Shown: positions 22,605-31,942 of the stretch, piece after piece
How positions within the stretch are numbered: position 1 is the stretch's first letter
How the letters are laid out: every line of letters begins with the position of its first letter
Origin: an uncultured Alphaproteobacteria bacterium
Lineage (GTDB): Bacteria > Pseudomonadota > Alphaproteobacteria > Rhizobiales > Hyphomicrobiaceae
Direction of reading: 5' to 3'
Length of the DNA: 64,000 nt
Assembly: GCA_963797005.1 (NCBI GenBank)
Contig: CAWCOF010000012.1
Coordinates: 1,863-65,862 of the forward strand
The notes under the pieces: model-generated
The model's database searches: none
Told to the model about the DNA's origin: nothing
Seen by the model: the letters and a program-made list of their open reading frames with translations, nothing else
Program-made: the position numbers and the translations under genes

Positions 22605-23958
22605 ATGCCAGATGCACGACAACGCCCGGCGGCGAGCCACCCTCGATCCTACTGGGCCGCCACGGCGCAACCCGCGCCCGCCGCTCCGCCTCTACGAGGT
22701 GACGCTGTGGCGGACGTTGTCATCATCGGTGCCGGGTTCACGGGGCTCTCGACCGCCTGGCATCTGCAGCGCGCGGGCCTGTCGGCCATCGTTCTGGAGG
22801 CCAACGACGTCGGTTGGGGCGCCAGCGGACGCAATGGCGGCATGCTTCCACCCCGCTACAAGAAGGGCTTTGCCGCCCTCGCTGAAAAATACGGGCACGA
22901 CACGACCCGGCACCTGCACCGTCTGATCCTGGAGGCGGTCGAAACGGTGGAGGCCATCGTCGCCGACTGCGGCATTGATTGCGGGTTTGCCCGTACGGGG
23001 CAGCTCACCGCCGCCTTGTCGCCGGCACATCTTGCCTCGCTCGAGGCGGATGCGGCGTGGGCAGCCGCCGAGGCCGGCGACCGTACGCCGCGGATTCTGG
23101 GCGCGGGCGAAGCTCAAGCTGAAATCGGCGGCGGGGAGTACGTCGGGGGTTGGCTCGATCCCCGCGGGGCAGGCATCCATCCTCTGCGCTATGTGCGCGG
23201 CGTTGCGCAAGCGCTGATCGAACGCGGCATCGCCATCCACGGCGCGACGCCCGTGACCGCACTGCAAGAGACCCGCGAGGGCGTCGTGGCATCGACGCCG
23301 GGCGGAACGGTGCGGGCAAAGCACGCCGTCGTGGCTACCAACGCCTATACCGATCTAGACGGCGGCGCCGTGAAGGGGTTGGTCCGTCGCGTGGTCCCGG
23401 TGACCTCGTCGGTGATCGCCACCGGCCCGCTGAGTGCCAACGTAGCGGCGAGCGTGGTCCCCGGACGCCGGATGGTCGCCGACACGCGCAACCTGATGTT
23501 CTATTTTTCGGATGATGCCCGACGGAGCGCTGCTATTCGGTGGCCGCGGAGACATAACCGGGCGGCGTGACGATCCCTCCGTCTACAAGGGATTGGAGCG
23601 CGACCTCGCCGTCATGTTCCCGCAGGCCGGCGGGGCGCCGATCGCCCACCGCTGGTCGGGCAAGGTGGCGGTGACCAAGGACGACTTCCCGCACGTCGGC
23701 CGCCTGTCGCCCCGCATCGCCTACGCCCTGGGCTACGGCGGTCGTGGTGTGGCCCTGTCCAATCTGATGGGCCGGCTGCTGACGGATATTGTGCGGGGTG
23801 TCCCAGTGGACGTCGGCCCCATGGGGAGCGATCATTTCCGCCCCTTTGCCATTCATGCCTTTCGTGTTCCGGGCATGCGCCTCCTCGCCGGCTGGTATCG
23901 CTTCAAGGATGGCCGCGCAGCCGCCGCCGCAAGGGCCTCACGCGCGCGCAGTCCATGA
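22605..23958 (+). pseudogene. FAD-dependent oxidoreductase (DAO family; PuuB/DadA-like), 1 frameshift as assembled
   Basis: From the ATG at 22605 the dinucleotide-binding motif is DVVIIGAGFTGLSTAWHL...EANDVGWGASGRNGG. The frame changes at a T5 run (23504-23508): NLMFYF then (R)MMPDGALLFGGRGDITG... Confidence 0.75.
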
Positions 23959-24002
23959 CGGGAACGCTGCAACGTCGCTTCAGCCGGCACGTTGCGGCGG
24001 CG

Positions 24003-24037
24003 GCAAGATGATTCGATCTGAAGCGATCCTGCTCTAG
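24003..24037 (+). repeat. Short dispersed intergenic motif, copy B (partner at 6482-6515)
   Basis: The sequence is gcaagatgattcgatctgaagcgatcctgctctag. It lies between convergent genes, and its last bases overlap the MlrC-like stop codon (24034-24036). Confidence 0.5.
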
Positions 24038-25548
24038 CGGCGCGACGCGCGCGAAGGCTCGTGGCTGGGGCCGAGGGGGGTCAGCCGTATGCCCTGGCGC
24101 AGATTGCGGTAGGGATACTTCGCGGGGTCGCAGAGATGACTGCCCGGCGCTTCGACCACCAGGATGGTCTCGGCCAGGGGCTCGAAGTCGCCGCGGAAAT
24201 GCACGGTGCTCTTGAGCGCCAGGATCCGTTGGTCCTTCGGCTCGATGCCGAGATGTCGGAACGGGGCCTGGTCGAGCGCCTGCATGCGCTTGCTCGTGAC
24301 CGCCACCGACACCCCGCCGATGCGCAGCAGCGCCATCGGCCCGAGATCGACGTCCCGGTTGCCGGATACGGGACCGGTCGTGCGGAAGCGTCCGTCGGCC
24401 AGCTTGTCCACGCGGAACGTCCCCTCTAAGGGGCGCACACCCTCAGGCCCGTGCCGGCCGCCGAGCGCCAGCGTTACTTCGGCGCCGACACCGGCGGCGT
24501 GCGCGGCCTTGGCCGCATCCGGATCGCACAGGAAGCCGAGGACGGCGCCCTCGGCCCCACCTTCGATCAGCGCCTGCAGCAGGCCGGTCGTATCCGCACT
24601 GCCGCCGGCGCCTGGATTGTCCTGCGTGTCGGCAAGGATCACGGGCTTGGACGCCTTCGCGGCAAGCCGCTTGGCCTCGCGAACGGCGTCGGCCGGTGTG
24701 TGGAGGGGCACGGCGAAGGCGCTCTCCGAGAGCGTGGTGTGCCGCATGAGGGCGTCGGCGGCGCGGTCGGCGGCTTCCTGCGACCAGGCATGGACGGCGA
24801 TCGCCGGGCCGCAGTGGTAGATGTCGGCGGGCGGGAAGCCTGCCAGATAGGCGACGCTGACCACACCGTCGCGCTCCTCCGCGTCGGCCATTGCGACGAT
24901 GCTCCGGGATGGCTCGACGGTGGTGCACTGGCTATGCAGCGGGATGAGGAACGGCGGCTTGCGCAGCGCGTGGGCCTTCGTGCGCCCTTTCGCGAGCACC
25001 TCCACCATCGCGCGGGCCGCGCGCTCGCCCGTCTCCACCCGATCGACGTGCGGGTAGGTGCGGTAGGCGATGATGGCGTCGGTGGCCGCCACCATCTGCG
25101 GCGTGACGTTGGCGTGGTAGTCGAGGCTCATGACGATCGGCATGGCCTCGCCGACGACGGCGCGGATGCGGCGCAGGAGCTCGCCTTCACCGTCCTCGTA
25201 ATCCTCGGTGGCCATGGCGCCGTGCATGTCGAGGTAGATCGCATCGACCGGCAGCGCCAGCGACAGGGCAGCCACCAGCTCCGCCGCAATGCGCTCGAAG
25301 GCATCGCGGGTGACCATGCCGCCAGCACCGCCGCTGGTCCACAGGAGCGGCACCAGCTGGTGCGCCTTCGGGATCGTCGCCATGAAGCCAGACAGAGCGA
25401 AGCTGTTGCCGCCGAGCCACTTCGTCACGTCGGCACCGCGCACCAGCGGCGGCCGGTCGCGATGCGAGCAGAAGTAGGCGTAGTCCGTCGCCGGCGTGAC
25501 GAACGTGTTCGTCTCGTGGTGGAAGCCTGCAACCGCAATCCGTGCCAT
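24034..25548 (-). CDS. M81-family metallopeptidase (MlrC/microcystinase C-like)
   Basis: Intact 504-aa ORF: MARIAVAGFHHETNTFVTPATDYAYF...IYLDMHGAMATEDYEDGEGELLRRIR...SLDYHANVT...AYRTYPHVD. This is the family-typical N-terminal pattern. It begins 34 nt downstream of the Dpp-type ATPase gene. Confidence 0.8.
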   Translation of the reverse strand: MARIAVAGFHHETNTFVTPATDYAYFCSHRDRPPLVRGADVTKWLGGNSFALSGFMATIPKAHQLVPLLWTSGGAGGMVTRDAFERIAAELVAALSLALPVDAIYLDMHGAMATEDYEDGEGELLRRIRAVVGEAMPIVMSLDYHANVTPQMVAATDAIIAYRTYPHVDRVETGERAARAMVEVLAKGRTKAHALRKPPFLIPLHSQCTTVEPSRSIVAMADAEERDGVVSVAYLAGFPPADIYHCGPAIAVHAWSQEAADRAADALMRHTTLSESAFAVPLHTPADAVREAKRLAAKASKPVILADTQDNPGAGGSADTTGLLQALIEGGAEGAVLGFLCDPDAAKAAHAAGVGAEVTLALGGRHGPEGVRPLEGTFRVDKLADGRFRTTGPVSGNRDVDLGPMALLRIGGVSVAVTSKRMQALDQAPFRHLGIEPKDQRILALKSTVHFRGDFEPLAETILVVEAPGSHLCDPAKYPYRNLRQGIRLTPLGPSHEPSRASRR

Positions 25549-25582
25549 GGGTCGTCCTCGCCGGGGTCGTCAGTCCGTACGC

Positions 25583-26593
25583 TCACGCGCTCCGCGCGCT
25601 CATCTCGACGCCCGCCGCCAGCTCGCGCAGGCGATGGCAGGCCGCCATGTGTCCATCCCCGACCGGCTCGAGCACCGGGCGCGACGCCGCACAGGCGTCG
25701 ACCGCGTAGCGGCAGCGGTTGCGGAAGGTGCAGCCGCTCGGGATCGCAGCCGCGCTGGGCGGGTCGCCCTCCAGCGCCTCCGCCTTGTCGATCTGGCCGG
25801 TTTCGAGCCGCGGCGCCGCGGCAAGCAGGGCTCGGGTATAGGGGTGAGCGGGCTTTGCGAAGACCCGCGCGGTCTCGGCGGCCTCGACGATCCGGCCCAG
25901 ATACATGATGCCGACGCGATGGCACATGCGCTCGACGACCGACAGGTCGTGGCTGATGAAGATGTAGGTGAGGCCGAGCCGGTCCCTGAGGTCGCGCATC
26001 AGGCGGAGCACGTTGGCCTGAACCGAAAGATCGAGCCCCGCCGTCGGCTCGTCCAGGATCACCAGCTTGGGCTGCAGCACAAGGATGCGCGCGAGGCCGA
26101 CGCGGCGCTGCTGCCCGCCGGAAAGCTCGTGCGGATAGCGCCGCCGGAACGATGGATCGAGGCCCACCGCCTCCAGCATCGTTTCGATGCGCCGGTCGCG
26201 CTCGGCCCTGTCGGAGACGCCGACGATGCGCAGCGCCTCGTCGATGCTGCGCCCGACCCGCCACCAGGGGTCGAGAGCGGCGCCGGGGTCCTGATGCACG
26301 TACTGGATGTCGCGTCGAAGGATGCGCGCGGTCTTGGGCACGACGCCGGACACCTTGCGCCCCGAAAGCAGGATCAGTCCGGACGTCTCGCGCAGGAGGC
26401 CGAGCACGGTCTTTGCGAGGGTCGACTTGCCGCAACCCAACTCGCCGACGAGCCCGAAGATCTCGCCGTCGTTGATCCTGAGCGACACGCCGTCGACGGC
26501 GCGTATGGGAGGGCGGGCCGGTGCCAGAAAGCGCTTTCCACCGCCGACCAGCGTGACGAGATTGTCGAGCTCGAGCAGCGGCGTCGTCATCAT
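25583..26593 (-). CDS. Oligopeptide/dipeptide ABC transporter ATP-binding protein (DppF/OppF-like)
   Basis: This is the C-terminal 336 codons of ORF 25583..27478, starting at ATG 26593 (MMTTPLLELDNLV...). Walker A is GLVGELGCGKST, the signature LSGGQQRRVGLARIL and Walker B LVILDEPTAGLD. The oligopeptide C-terminal motif is AHPYTRALL...PSGCTFRNRC. The frame is intact. Confidence 0.85.
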   Translation of the reverse strand: MMTTPLLELDNLVTLVGGGKRFLAPARPPIRAVDGVSLRINDGEIFGLVGELGCGKSTLAKTVLGLLRETSGLILLSGRKVSGVVPKTARILRRDIQYVHQDPGAALDPWWRVGRSIDEALRIVGVSDRAERDRRIETMLEAVGLDPSFRRRYPHELSGGQQRRVGLARILVLQPKLVILDEPTAGLDLSVQANVLRLMRDLRDRLGLTYIFISHDLSVVERMCHRVGIMYLGRIVEAAETARVFAKPAHPYTRALLAAAPRLETGQIDKAEALEGDPPSAAAIPSGCTFRNRCRYAVDACAASRPVLEPVGDGHMAACHRLRELAAGVEMSARSA

Positions 26594-27615
26594 GCGTGCT
26601 CCATCGCCGGAGCGCCGGAGGCGGGATGGAGCAGGCAGGCAACCTTGTGGCCGTGGGTGATCTCCACGATCGGGGGCCGTCCGGCCGCACAGGCGGGCAT
26701 CGCATGCGGGCAGCGCGGATTGAACCGGCAGCCCGGCGGCGGCGCCAGCGGCGAAGGCACCTGGCCCGGAATGCCGGCGATGTCCGCGGCGCGATCGGGA
26801 TGGCAGCCGATCAGCATGCGCGTGTAGGGATGGAGGCCGCGATCGAGCACGTCGCGCGTGCCGCCCGCTTCGATCGTCTGGCCGGCATAGAGCACGCAGA
26901 CGTCGTCGCACAGCTGCGCGACGACACCGAAGTCGTGCGTGATGAACAGCATCGAGACATCGAACGTCGAGGCCAGGTCCTTGAGCAGCTTCAGGACCTG
27001 GAGCTGCGTCGTGACGTCGAGCGCGGTGGTCGGCTCGTCGGCGAGGATCACGTCGGGGCGGCACGCGAGCGCGGCGGCGATCAAGACGCGCTGGCGCTGC
27101 CCGCCGGAAAACTGATGCGGATAGCGCTCCAGCGCCAGCTCCGGATCCGGCACCTGGACGGCCTTCAGGATCTCGACGAGGTGCGCCTTGTAGCGCGCAC
27201 GCGTCGCGGCATCGAGGCGCTTGGGCGGCTCCTCGCCGGGCAGGCCGTGCCAGCGCAGGATCTCCATCAGCTGCTTGCCGACGCGGAACACGGGGTTGAG
27301 CGCCAGATAGGGGTCCTGCGGAATGAAGCCGATGGCGCGGCCGCGGATCTCGGTGGTGAGGGTGTGCTGCGGCAGGCGCAGGAGGTCGCGGCCCTTGAAG
27401 AGGATCTCGCCGGCCTCGATCACCGTCTGCGGCGGCAGGATGCCGAGGATCGCGCGGATGAGCGTGGACTTGCCGCATCCCGATTCGCCAACGACGCCGA
27501 CGATGCGGCCCTTCGGCAGCTCCACGCTGACGTTGTCCAGGATCTGGGCGCGGCCCTCATCGGTCGGGATCGAAATCCTCAAGTTGCGGACGGAGAGGAT
27601 CGGGTCTCCCGTCAC
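26590..27615 (-). CDS. Oligopeptide/dipeptide ABC transporter ATP-binding protein (DppD/OppD-like)
   Basis: The GTG at 27615 overlaps the upstream permease stop (GTGA). The sequence opens VTGDPILSVRNLRISIP...GVVGESGCGKSTL. The signature is FSGGQRQRVLIAAAL and Walker B VILADEPTTALD. The C-terminal motif is LHPYTRMLI...PPGCRFNPRCPHA. The frame is intact. Confidence 0.85.
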   Translation of the reverse strand: MTGDPILSVRNLRISIPTDEGRAQILDNVSVELPKGRIVGVVGESGCGKSTLIRAILGILPPQTVIEAGEILFKGRDLLRLPQHTLTTEIRGRAIGFIPQDPYLALNPVFRVGKQLMEILRWHGLPGEEPPKRLDAATRARYKAHLVEILKAVQVPDPELALERYPHQFSGGQRQRVLIAAALACRPDVILADEPTTALDVTTQLQVLKLLKDLASTFDVSMLFITHDFGVVAQLCDDVCVLYAGQTIEAGGTRDVLDRGLHPYTRMLIGCHPDRAADIAGIPGQVPSPLAPPPGCRFNPRCPHAMPACAAGRPPIVEITHGHKVACLLHPASGAPAMEHA

Positions 27616-28451
27616 CGCGAGCGCCTCAGCTTCGGGTCGACGAGGTCGCGCAGACCGTCGCCGAAGAGATTGAAGCCGAGCACGGTCACGAGGATGGCGA
27701 GGCCGGGGAAAGCGGCGAACCACCAGTGCTCGGGCAGGTACTCGCGGCTTTCCGCGATGGCGAGGCCCCAGTCCGGATCGGGCGGCGTCGCACCGACGCC
27801 GAGGAAGCCCAGCACGGCCGCGGTGAGGATCGTGAAGCCCATGCCGATCGTGGCGCGCACGATCACGGGCGAGGCGACGTTCGGCAGCACGTGCGCCAGC
27901 ATGATCCGCCAATCGCCGGCCCCGAGCCCCTGCAGCGCCTCGATGAAGAGGGCGGAGCGGACCCGCCGCGCCTCGCCGTAGACGGTGCGCGCGAAGAACG
28001 GCCAATAGGTGAGCGCGAGAGCCAGCATGGCGGAGGTAATGCCGCGCGACAGGAGCTGGGCGAGCGCCACGGCCAGGATCAGCTGAGGCACCGCGAGGAA
28101 CACGTCGGTCAGCCGCATGATGAAGTCGCCGAGGAGGCCGCCGCGATAGCCCGCAACCAGCCCCAGCGGCACGCCGATGGCAATCGCGATGCCGACGACG
28201 CTGAGCGCGATCATGAGCGCGCCTTGCGTGCCCAGGATGACGCGGGCGAGGATGTCGCGGCCGAGATTGTCGGTGCCGAACCAGTGCTCGGCGCTGGGCG
28301 GCTGCAGACGCGCAAGGATGTTCGATTCGAAGGCGACGGACCGGTCCGGCACCAGCAGCGGCGACAGGAGCGCGATCAGGATCACCGAGACGATGACCCC
28401 GAAGCCGATCACCGCCGGTATGTCGCGCAGGAATTTCTTGACGATCAGCAC
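27612..28451 (-). CDS. ABC peptide-type transporter permease (DppC-like)
   Basis: Intact 279-aa ORF: MLIVKKFLRDIPAVIGFGVIV...HWFGTDNLGRDILARV...FIEALQGLGAGDWRIMLAHVLPN... This is the typical BPD_transp_1/OppC pattern. Confidence 0.85.
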   Translation of the reverse strand: MLIVKKFLRDIPAVIGFGVIVSVILIALLSPLLVPDRSVAFESNILARLQPPSAEHWFGTDNLGRDILARVILGTQGALMIALSVVGIAIAIGVPLGLVAGYRGGLLGDFIMRLTDVFLAVPQLILAVALAQLLSRGITSAMLALALTYWPFFARTVYGEARRVRSALFIEALQGLGAGDWRIMLAHVLPNVASPVIVRATIGMGFTILTAAVLGFLGVGATPPDPDWGLAIAESREYLPEHWWFAAFPGLAILVTVLGFNLFGDGLRDLVDPKLRRSR

Positions 28452-28463
28452 GCCCCGCCTCGC

Positions 28464-29475
28464 CTACAGCTGCTCGGCGACGCGCGGATCGAGCAGGGCG
28501 TGCACCAGATCGACGAGCAGATTGACGATCGCGTAGATCACGCCGACGATCAGCGTGACGGCAAGGATCGACTTGTAGTCGGAGGTGAATATCGCCTGTA
28601 CCATGTACGAGCCGATGCCCGGCCAGTCGTAGATGGCCTCGACGGCCACGGCGCCCGAGATCAGCGCGCCGAACAGGAGGCCGACCTGCGTGATCGGCGT
28701 CACCAGGGAGTTGCGCAGCACATAGATCGTAACGACGCGCCACCTGGGATATCCGGCTGCCAGCTCGTAGGTGACGAACTCCTTCTGCATGGTGTCGAGC
28801 ACGGCCGACCGCGTGAAGCGGGCGATGGTGGCAAGGCCCCCGAGCGACAGCGTGAAGGCCGGCATGATGATGTGATGCAGGGCATCGGCGAAGATGCGGA
28901 AGTTGCCGGTCAGAGCCGAGTCGATCAGATAAAGCCCGGATATCGACGGCGGGGCGGGCATGCCGGTCGACAGCCGCCCCCTGAGCGGCAGCCAGTCGAG
29001 CTGCATGGCAAACAGCATCTGCAGGAGGATGGCGAACCAGAACGAGGCGACCGCAAGCCCGGCCACGGTGACGATGCGAACGATGTGGTCGAAGGCCGAG
29101 TTGTGCCAGACCGCCGACAAAGTCCCGATCAAGATTCCGAAAACCGCGGCGAATGGTCAGCGCGACCAGCGTCAGCTCGATCGTGGCGGGAAGAAAAAGC
29201 CTGATGTCCGCCGCGACCGGCCGGTTGGTGTAGAGCGAGGTTCCGAAGTCGCCCGTGACGACCTGCTTCAGGTAGACCCAGAATTGGACGTGGATGGGCT
29301 GATCGAAACCGTAGGACTTGCGGATCGCTTCGATCTGCGCCGCTGTCGAGTTCTCGCCGGCGAGCGCCGCGGCGGGATCGGCAGGCACGACCCGCAGCAT
29401 CACGAACGTCAGCACCAGCAGCCCGAACAGAGCAGGCAGGATGAGCAGAGTGCGACGAAGCAGATAGCGGAGCAT
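28464..29475 (-). pseudogene. ABC peptide-type transporter permease (DppB-like), 1 frameshift as assembled
   Basis: The N-terminus MLRYLLRRTLLILPALFGLLVLTFVMLRVVPADPAAALAGE...ATIELTLVALTI joins (AAVFG)ILIGTLSAVWHNSAFDH...LLDPRVAEQL* after removing one extra C at ~29153. Confidence 0.8.
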
Positions 29476-29565
29476 CAATAGAGAAGTCGTGTCATGGCGC
29501 ACCTGGCAAAGAGTCATGAACCGTCCGGGCGGCGAGACCGCCCGGACGGAGCGGGAACTCGAGAC

Positions 29566-31149
29566 TCAGTTCTTGAGCGACACCCAGCGCAGCTCGCCGC
29601 CCGAGCCGACCGGCGAGAACTTGTAGCCCTGGACGCGCTTGGAGAGGCCCCGCAACTGGATCGTATTGTAGATCCAGATATCGGCCGCATCGCCGACCAC
29701 GATGCGCGAAGCCTCCTCATAGAGCGCCTTGCGCTTGGCCTGATCGGTGACGAGGCGGGCCTCGCGCAGCAGCTTGTCGACCTTGTCGTTCTTGTACCAG
29801 GACGACGCTTTCCAGGTCCCGTGGAACTGGCTGTCGTACATCTGGCCGATCCAGTTCTCGGGATCGACGAAGTAGGTCGACACCCAGTGCACCCACATAT
29901 CAGGCGTCGTACTGGCCTTGCCGGCACTGGAGGTGAGCTGCGCCCAGGTGGAGGCAACGAGCTTCAGGTTGATGCCGAGCTTGCGGACATCGGCCTGAAG
30001 AAGCTCCGCCGCCTGGGTGGTCTGGGCGAGCGCCGACTGGATGTGGATCTCCATCTCGCGGTCGACCGGTGCACCTTCGGCCTTGGCCTTGTCGCAATAC
30101 TCCTTCGCCTTCTTCGGGTCGTAGTTGTAACCCTTGAGGTCCTGCGGCGCACCCCACAGGTTCTTCGGGATCGGACCCGCATTGCGCACCGCGTAATCCT
30201 TGAGGATGACGCTGATGAAGCCTTTGTAGTTGAAGGCGTACGACATGCACTTGCGGAAGTTCAAGTTGTCGAATGGCGGCTTCGCATTGTTCATGCGGAT
30301 GATCATGACCCGCATCGACTCGTCGCGCGCGACCCGGGCATTGGCCGACTTCTGCACGCGCTCGACCTGATCGGTGGGGAGGTAGGAGTCGGTCGCGTCG
30401 ATGTCGCCCTTGATGACGGCAAGCACACGCGTCGACGTCTCCTTCACGGTGTGGGCGCGGATGATGTCCACCGGATGAGGATTGTCCTTCCATCCGTAGA
30501 AGTGGCCCTTGAAGCGCATCAGGTCCACGACCTCGAGCGGCCGGTAGGTCTTGGGATCGAGCTGGTAGGCGCCGGAGCCGGCCTCGTTCGACGAGAGCCA
30601 CGCCGAGCCCCAGTCGGTTCCCTTCTCGTTGGGCTTGATGGCGCGCGGGTTGACGATGGCGACGAGCGGCAGAACCGCCCTGAAGGGGGCGTAGGCGTGG
30701 TTCAGCTTGAACTCGACCGTATGGCTCGATGGTGCGGAGACGTTGTCGGCTTTCAGCACCGGCTTGAAGGCGCCCGATGGACCCTTGCCGAGGGCCAGCA
30801 GCCGCTTGAAGCTGTAGACGACATCGGCCGCCGTCAGCTCGGAGCCGTCGTGGAACTTCACGCCCTTCTTCAGGTTGAGCGTCCAGGTCAGGCCGTCGTC
30901 ACTCACCTTTTCGCTTTCGACCAGCCAGGGCTTGAGCTCCGGCGGATTGCCGACATAGCGAAAGAGCGTGTCGTAGGTGTTCAGCATGTAGAACTGCATG
31001 GGCACGTCGTAGATCACGTGCGGATCGAGCGCCTTGGGCAGGTTCTCTCCCCAGACGATCTCGTTTGCGCCCGGCTTTGCGGCAACCGGAGTAACTCCGA
31101 TCGCCAGGGCCGCAACGACGGCCCACATAAACGCCAAGATGCCTCGCAT
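29566..31149 (-). CDS. ABC transporter substrate-binding protein, family 5 (DppA/OppA-like)
   Basis: This is ORF 29566..31401 trimmed to ATG 31149, which follows CGGAGGTTAGTG. The signal peptide is MRGILAFMWAVVAALAIGVTPVAA, and the mature part reads KPGANEIVWGENLPKALDPHVIYDVPMQFYMLNTYDTLF... The frame is intact. Confidence 0.85.
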   Translation of the reverse strand: MRGILAFMWAVVAALAIGVTPVAAKPGANEIVWGENLPKALDPHVIYDVPMQFYMLNTYDTLFRYVGNPPELKPWLVESEKVSDDGLTWTLNLKKGVKFHDGSELTAADVVYSFKRLLALGKGPSGAFKPVLKADNVSAPSSHTVEFKLNHAYAPFRAVLPLVAIVNPRAIKPNEKGTDWGSAWLSSNEAGSGAYQLDPKTYRPLEVVDLMRFKGHFYGWKDNPHPVDIIRAHTVKETSTRVLAVIKGDIDATDSYLPTDQVERVQKSANARVARDESMRVMIIRMNNAKPPFDNLNFRKCMSYAFNYKGFISVILKDYAVRNAGPIPKNLWGAPQDLKGYNYDPKKAKEYCDKAKAEGAPVDREMEIHIQSALAQTTQAAELLQADVRKLGINLKLVASTWAQLTSSAGKASTTPDMWVHWVSTYFVDPENWIGQMYDSQFHGTWKASSWYKNDKVDKLLREARLVTDQAKRKALYEEASRIVVGDAADIWIYNTIQLRGLSKRVQGYKFSPVGSGGELRWVSLKN

Positions 31150-31151
31150 CA

Positions 31152-31925
31152 CTAACCTCCGTGGTTTGAGCCGGGTGGACGGATCGTGCGATCGAGCACC
31201 GGCTTGGCCTTCGCTTTCGACCAGCTCAACCGACTGTGGGTTATGGCGTGCCCCAGCATCCCCTCCGCCGCCTTCAGGGCGGCGATGACGGGACTGACGA
31301 CCGGCACGCCCAGACGCTGCTGGACGTGTGCGTCGATGCCAAGGAACGCCATGCTCATGCAGCCAAGGACGAGCACCTCGGCCCCGTCCTCGTCGACACA
31401 ACGTTGTCCCACCGAGACGATGCGCTCGAGCGCCTCGTTGTGGGCGCGCGCGAGATCGACGACCGACAGGCCCATGCCGCGGGTCGAGGCATAGCGGCTG
31501 TGGATGCCGAGCTCGCGAACATAGGCGGCCGAGTGGCCGGAGCCCTTCTCGTTCGGCGCGATGATGGAGAAACGATTGCCGAGCTGCAGCGCGAGCATCA
31601 TGGCCGCCATGCCCGGACCGACGGCCGGCACGTCCACGATCTCGCGCAAGGCGTCGAGGCCGGGATCCGAAAAACAGCCGACGATGACGGCATCGGCGCC
31701 GGCACGCTCCGCCTCGCGCAGGCTTTCGAGAATGTAGGGCACGACGATTGCCGCGTCATAGGCGCTTTCGATGGAGGCGGTGCCGCGCGCCACCGATCTC
31801 ACCTCGATCTCGGTGCCGACCTCGGCCCTCTCCTGCAGGAAGGCCCGCCGCCGCTCGATCTCGGCGGTGCCCAGCGTCGCCTCCATGGGCGCCACGAGCT
31901 GGTAAGCTATCTTGCGTGTCCGCAT
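31152..31925 (-). CDS. Asp/Glu/hydantoin racemase-family protein (HyuE-like)
   Basis: From ATG 31925: MRTRKIAYQLVAPMEATLG...AVIVGCFSDPGLDALREIVDVPAVGPG...AEVLVLGCMSMAFL. The two Cys-containing motifs (GCFSDPG and LGCMSM) sit where the catalytic cysteines of this superfamily are expected. The frame is intact. Confidence 0.75.
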   Translation of the reverse strand: MRTRKIAYQLVAPMEATLGTAEIERRRAFLQERAEVGTEIEVRSVARGTASIESAYDAAIVVPYILESLREAERAGADAVIVGCFSDPGLDALREIVDVPAVGPGMAAMMLALQLGNRFSIIAPNEKGSGHSAAYVRELGIHSRYASTRGMGLSVVDLARAHNEALERIVSVGQRCVDEDGAEVLVLGCMSMAFLGIDAHVQQRLGVPVVSPVIAALKAAEGMLGHAITHSRLSWSKAKAKPVLDRTIRPPGSNHGG

Positions 31926-31942
31926 AGCCTTCACTTTGTGGT

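Noticed and set aside
26590-29517. A 975-aa ORF that looks like a giant permease-ATPase fusion.
   Set aside because: Only its first ~110 codons (DppB-like N-terminus) and last ~340 codons (DppD-like ATPase) are real coding sequence. The middle is an out-of-frame read-through of the DppB and DppC genes, which are read correctly by ORFs 28464..29132 and 27612..28451.
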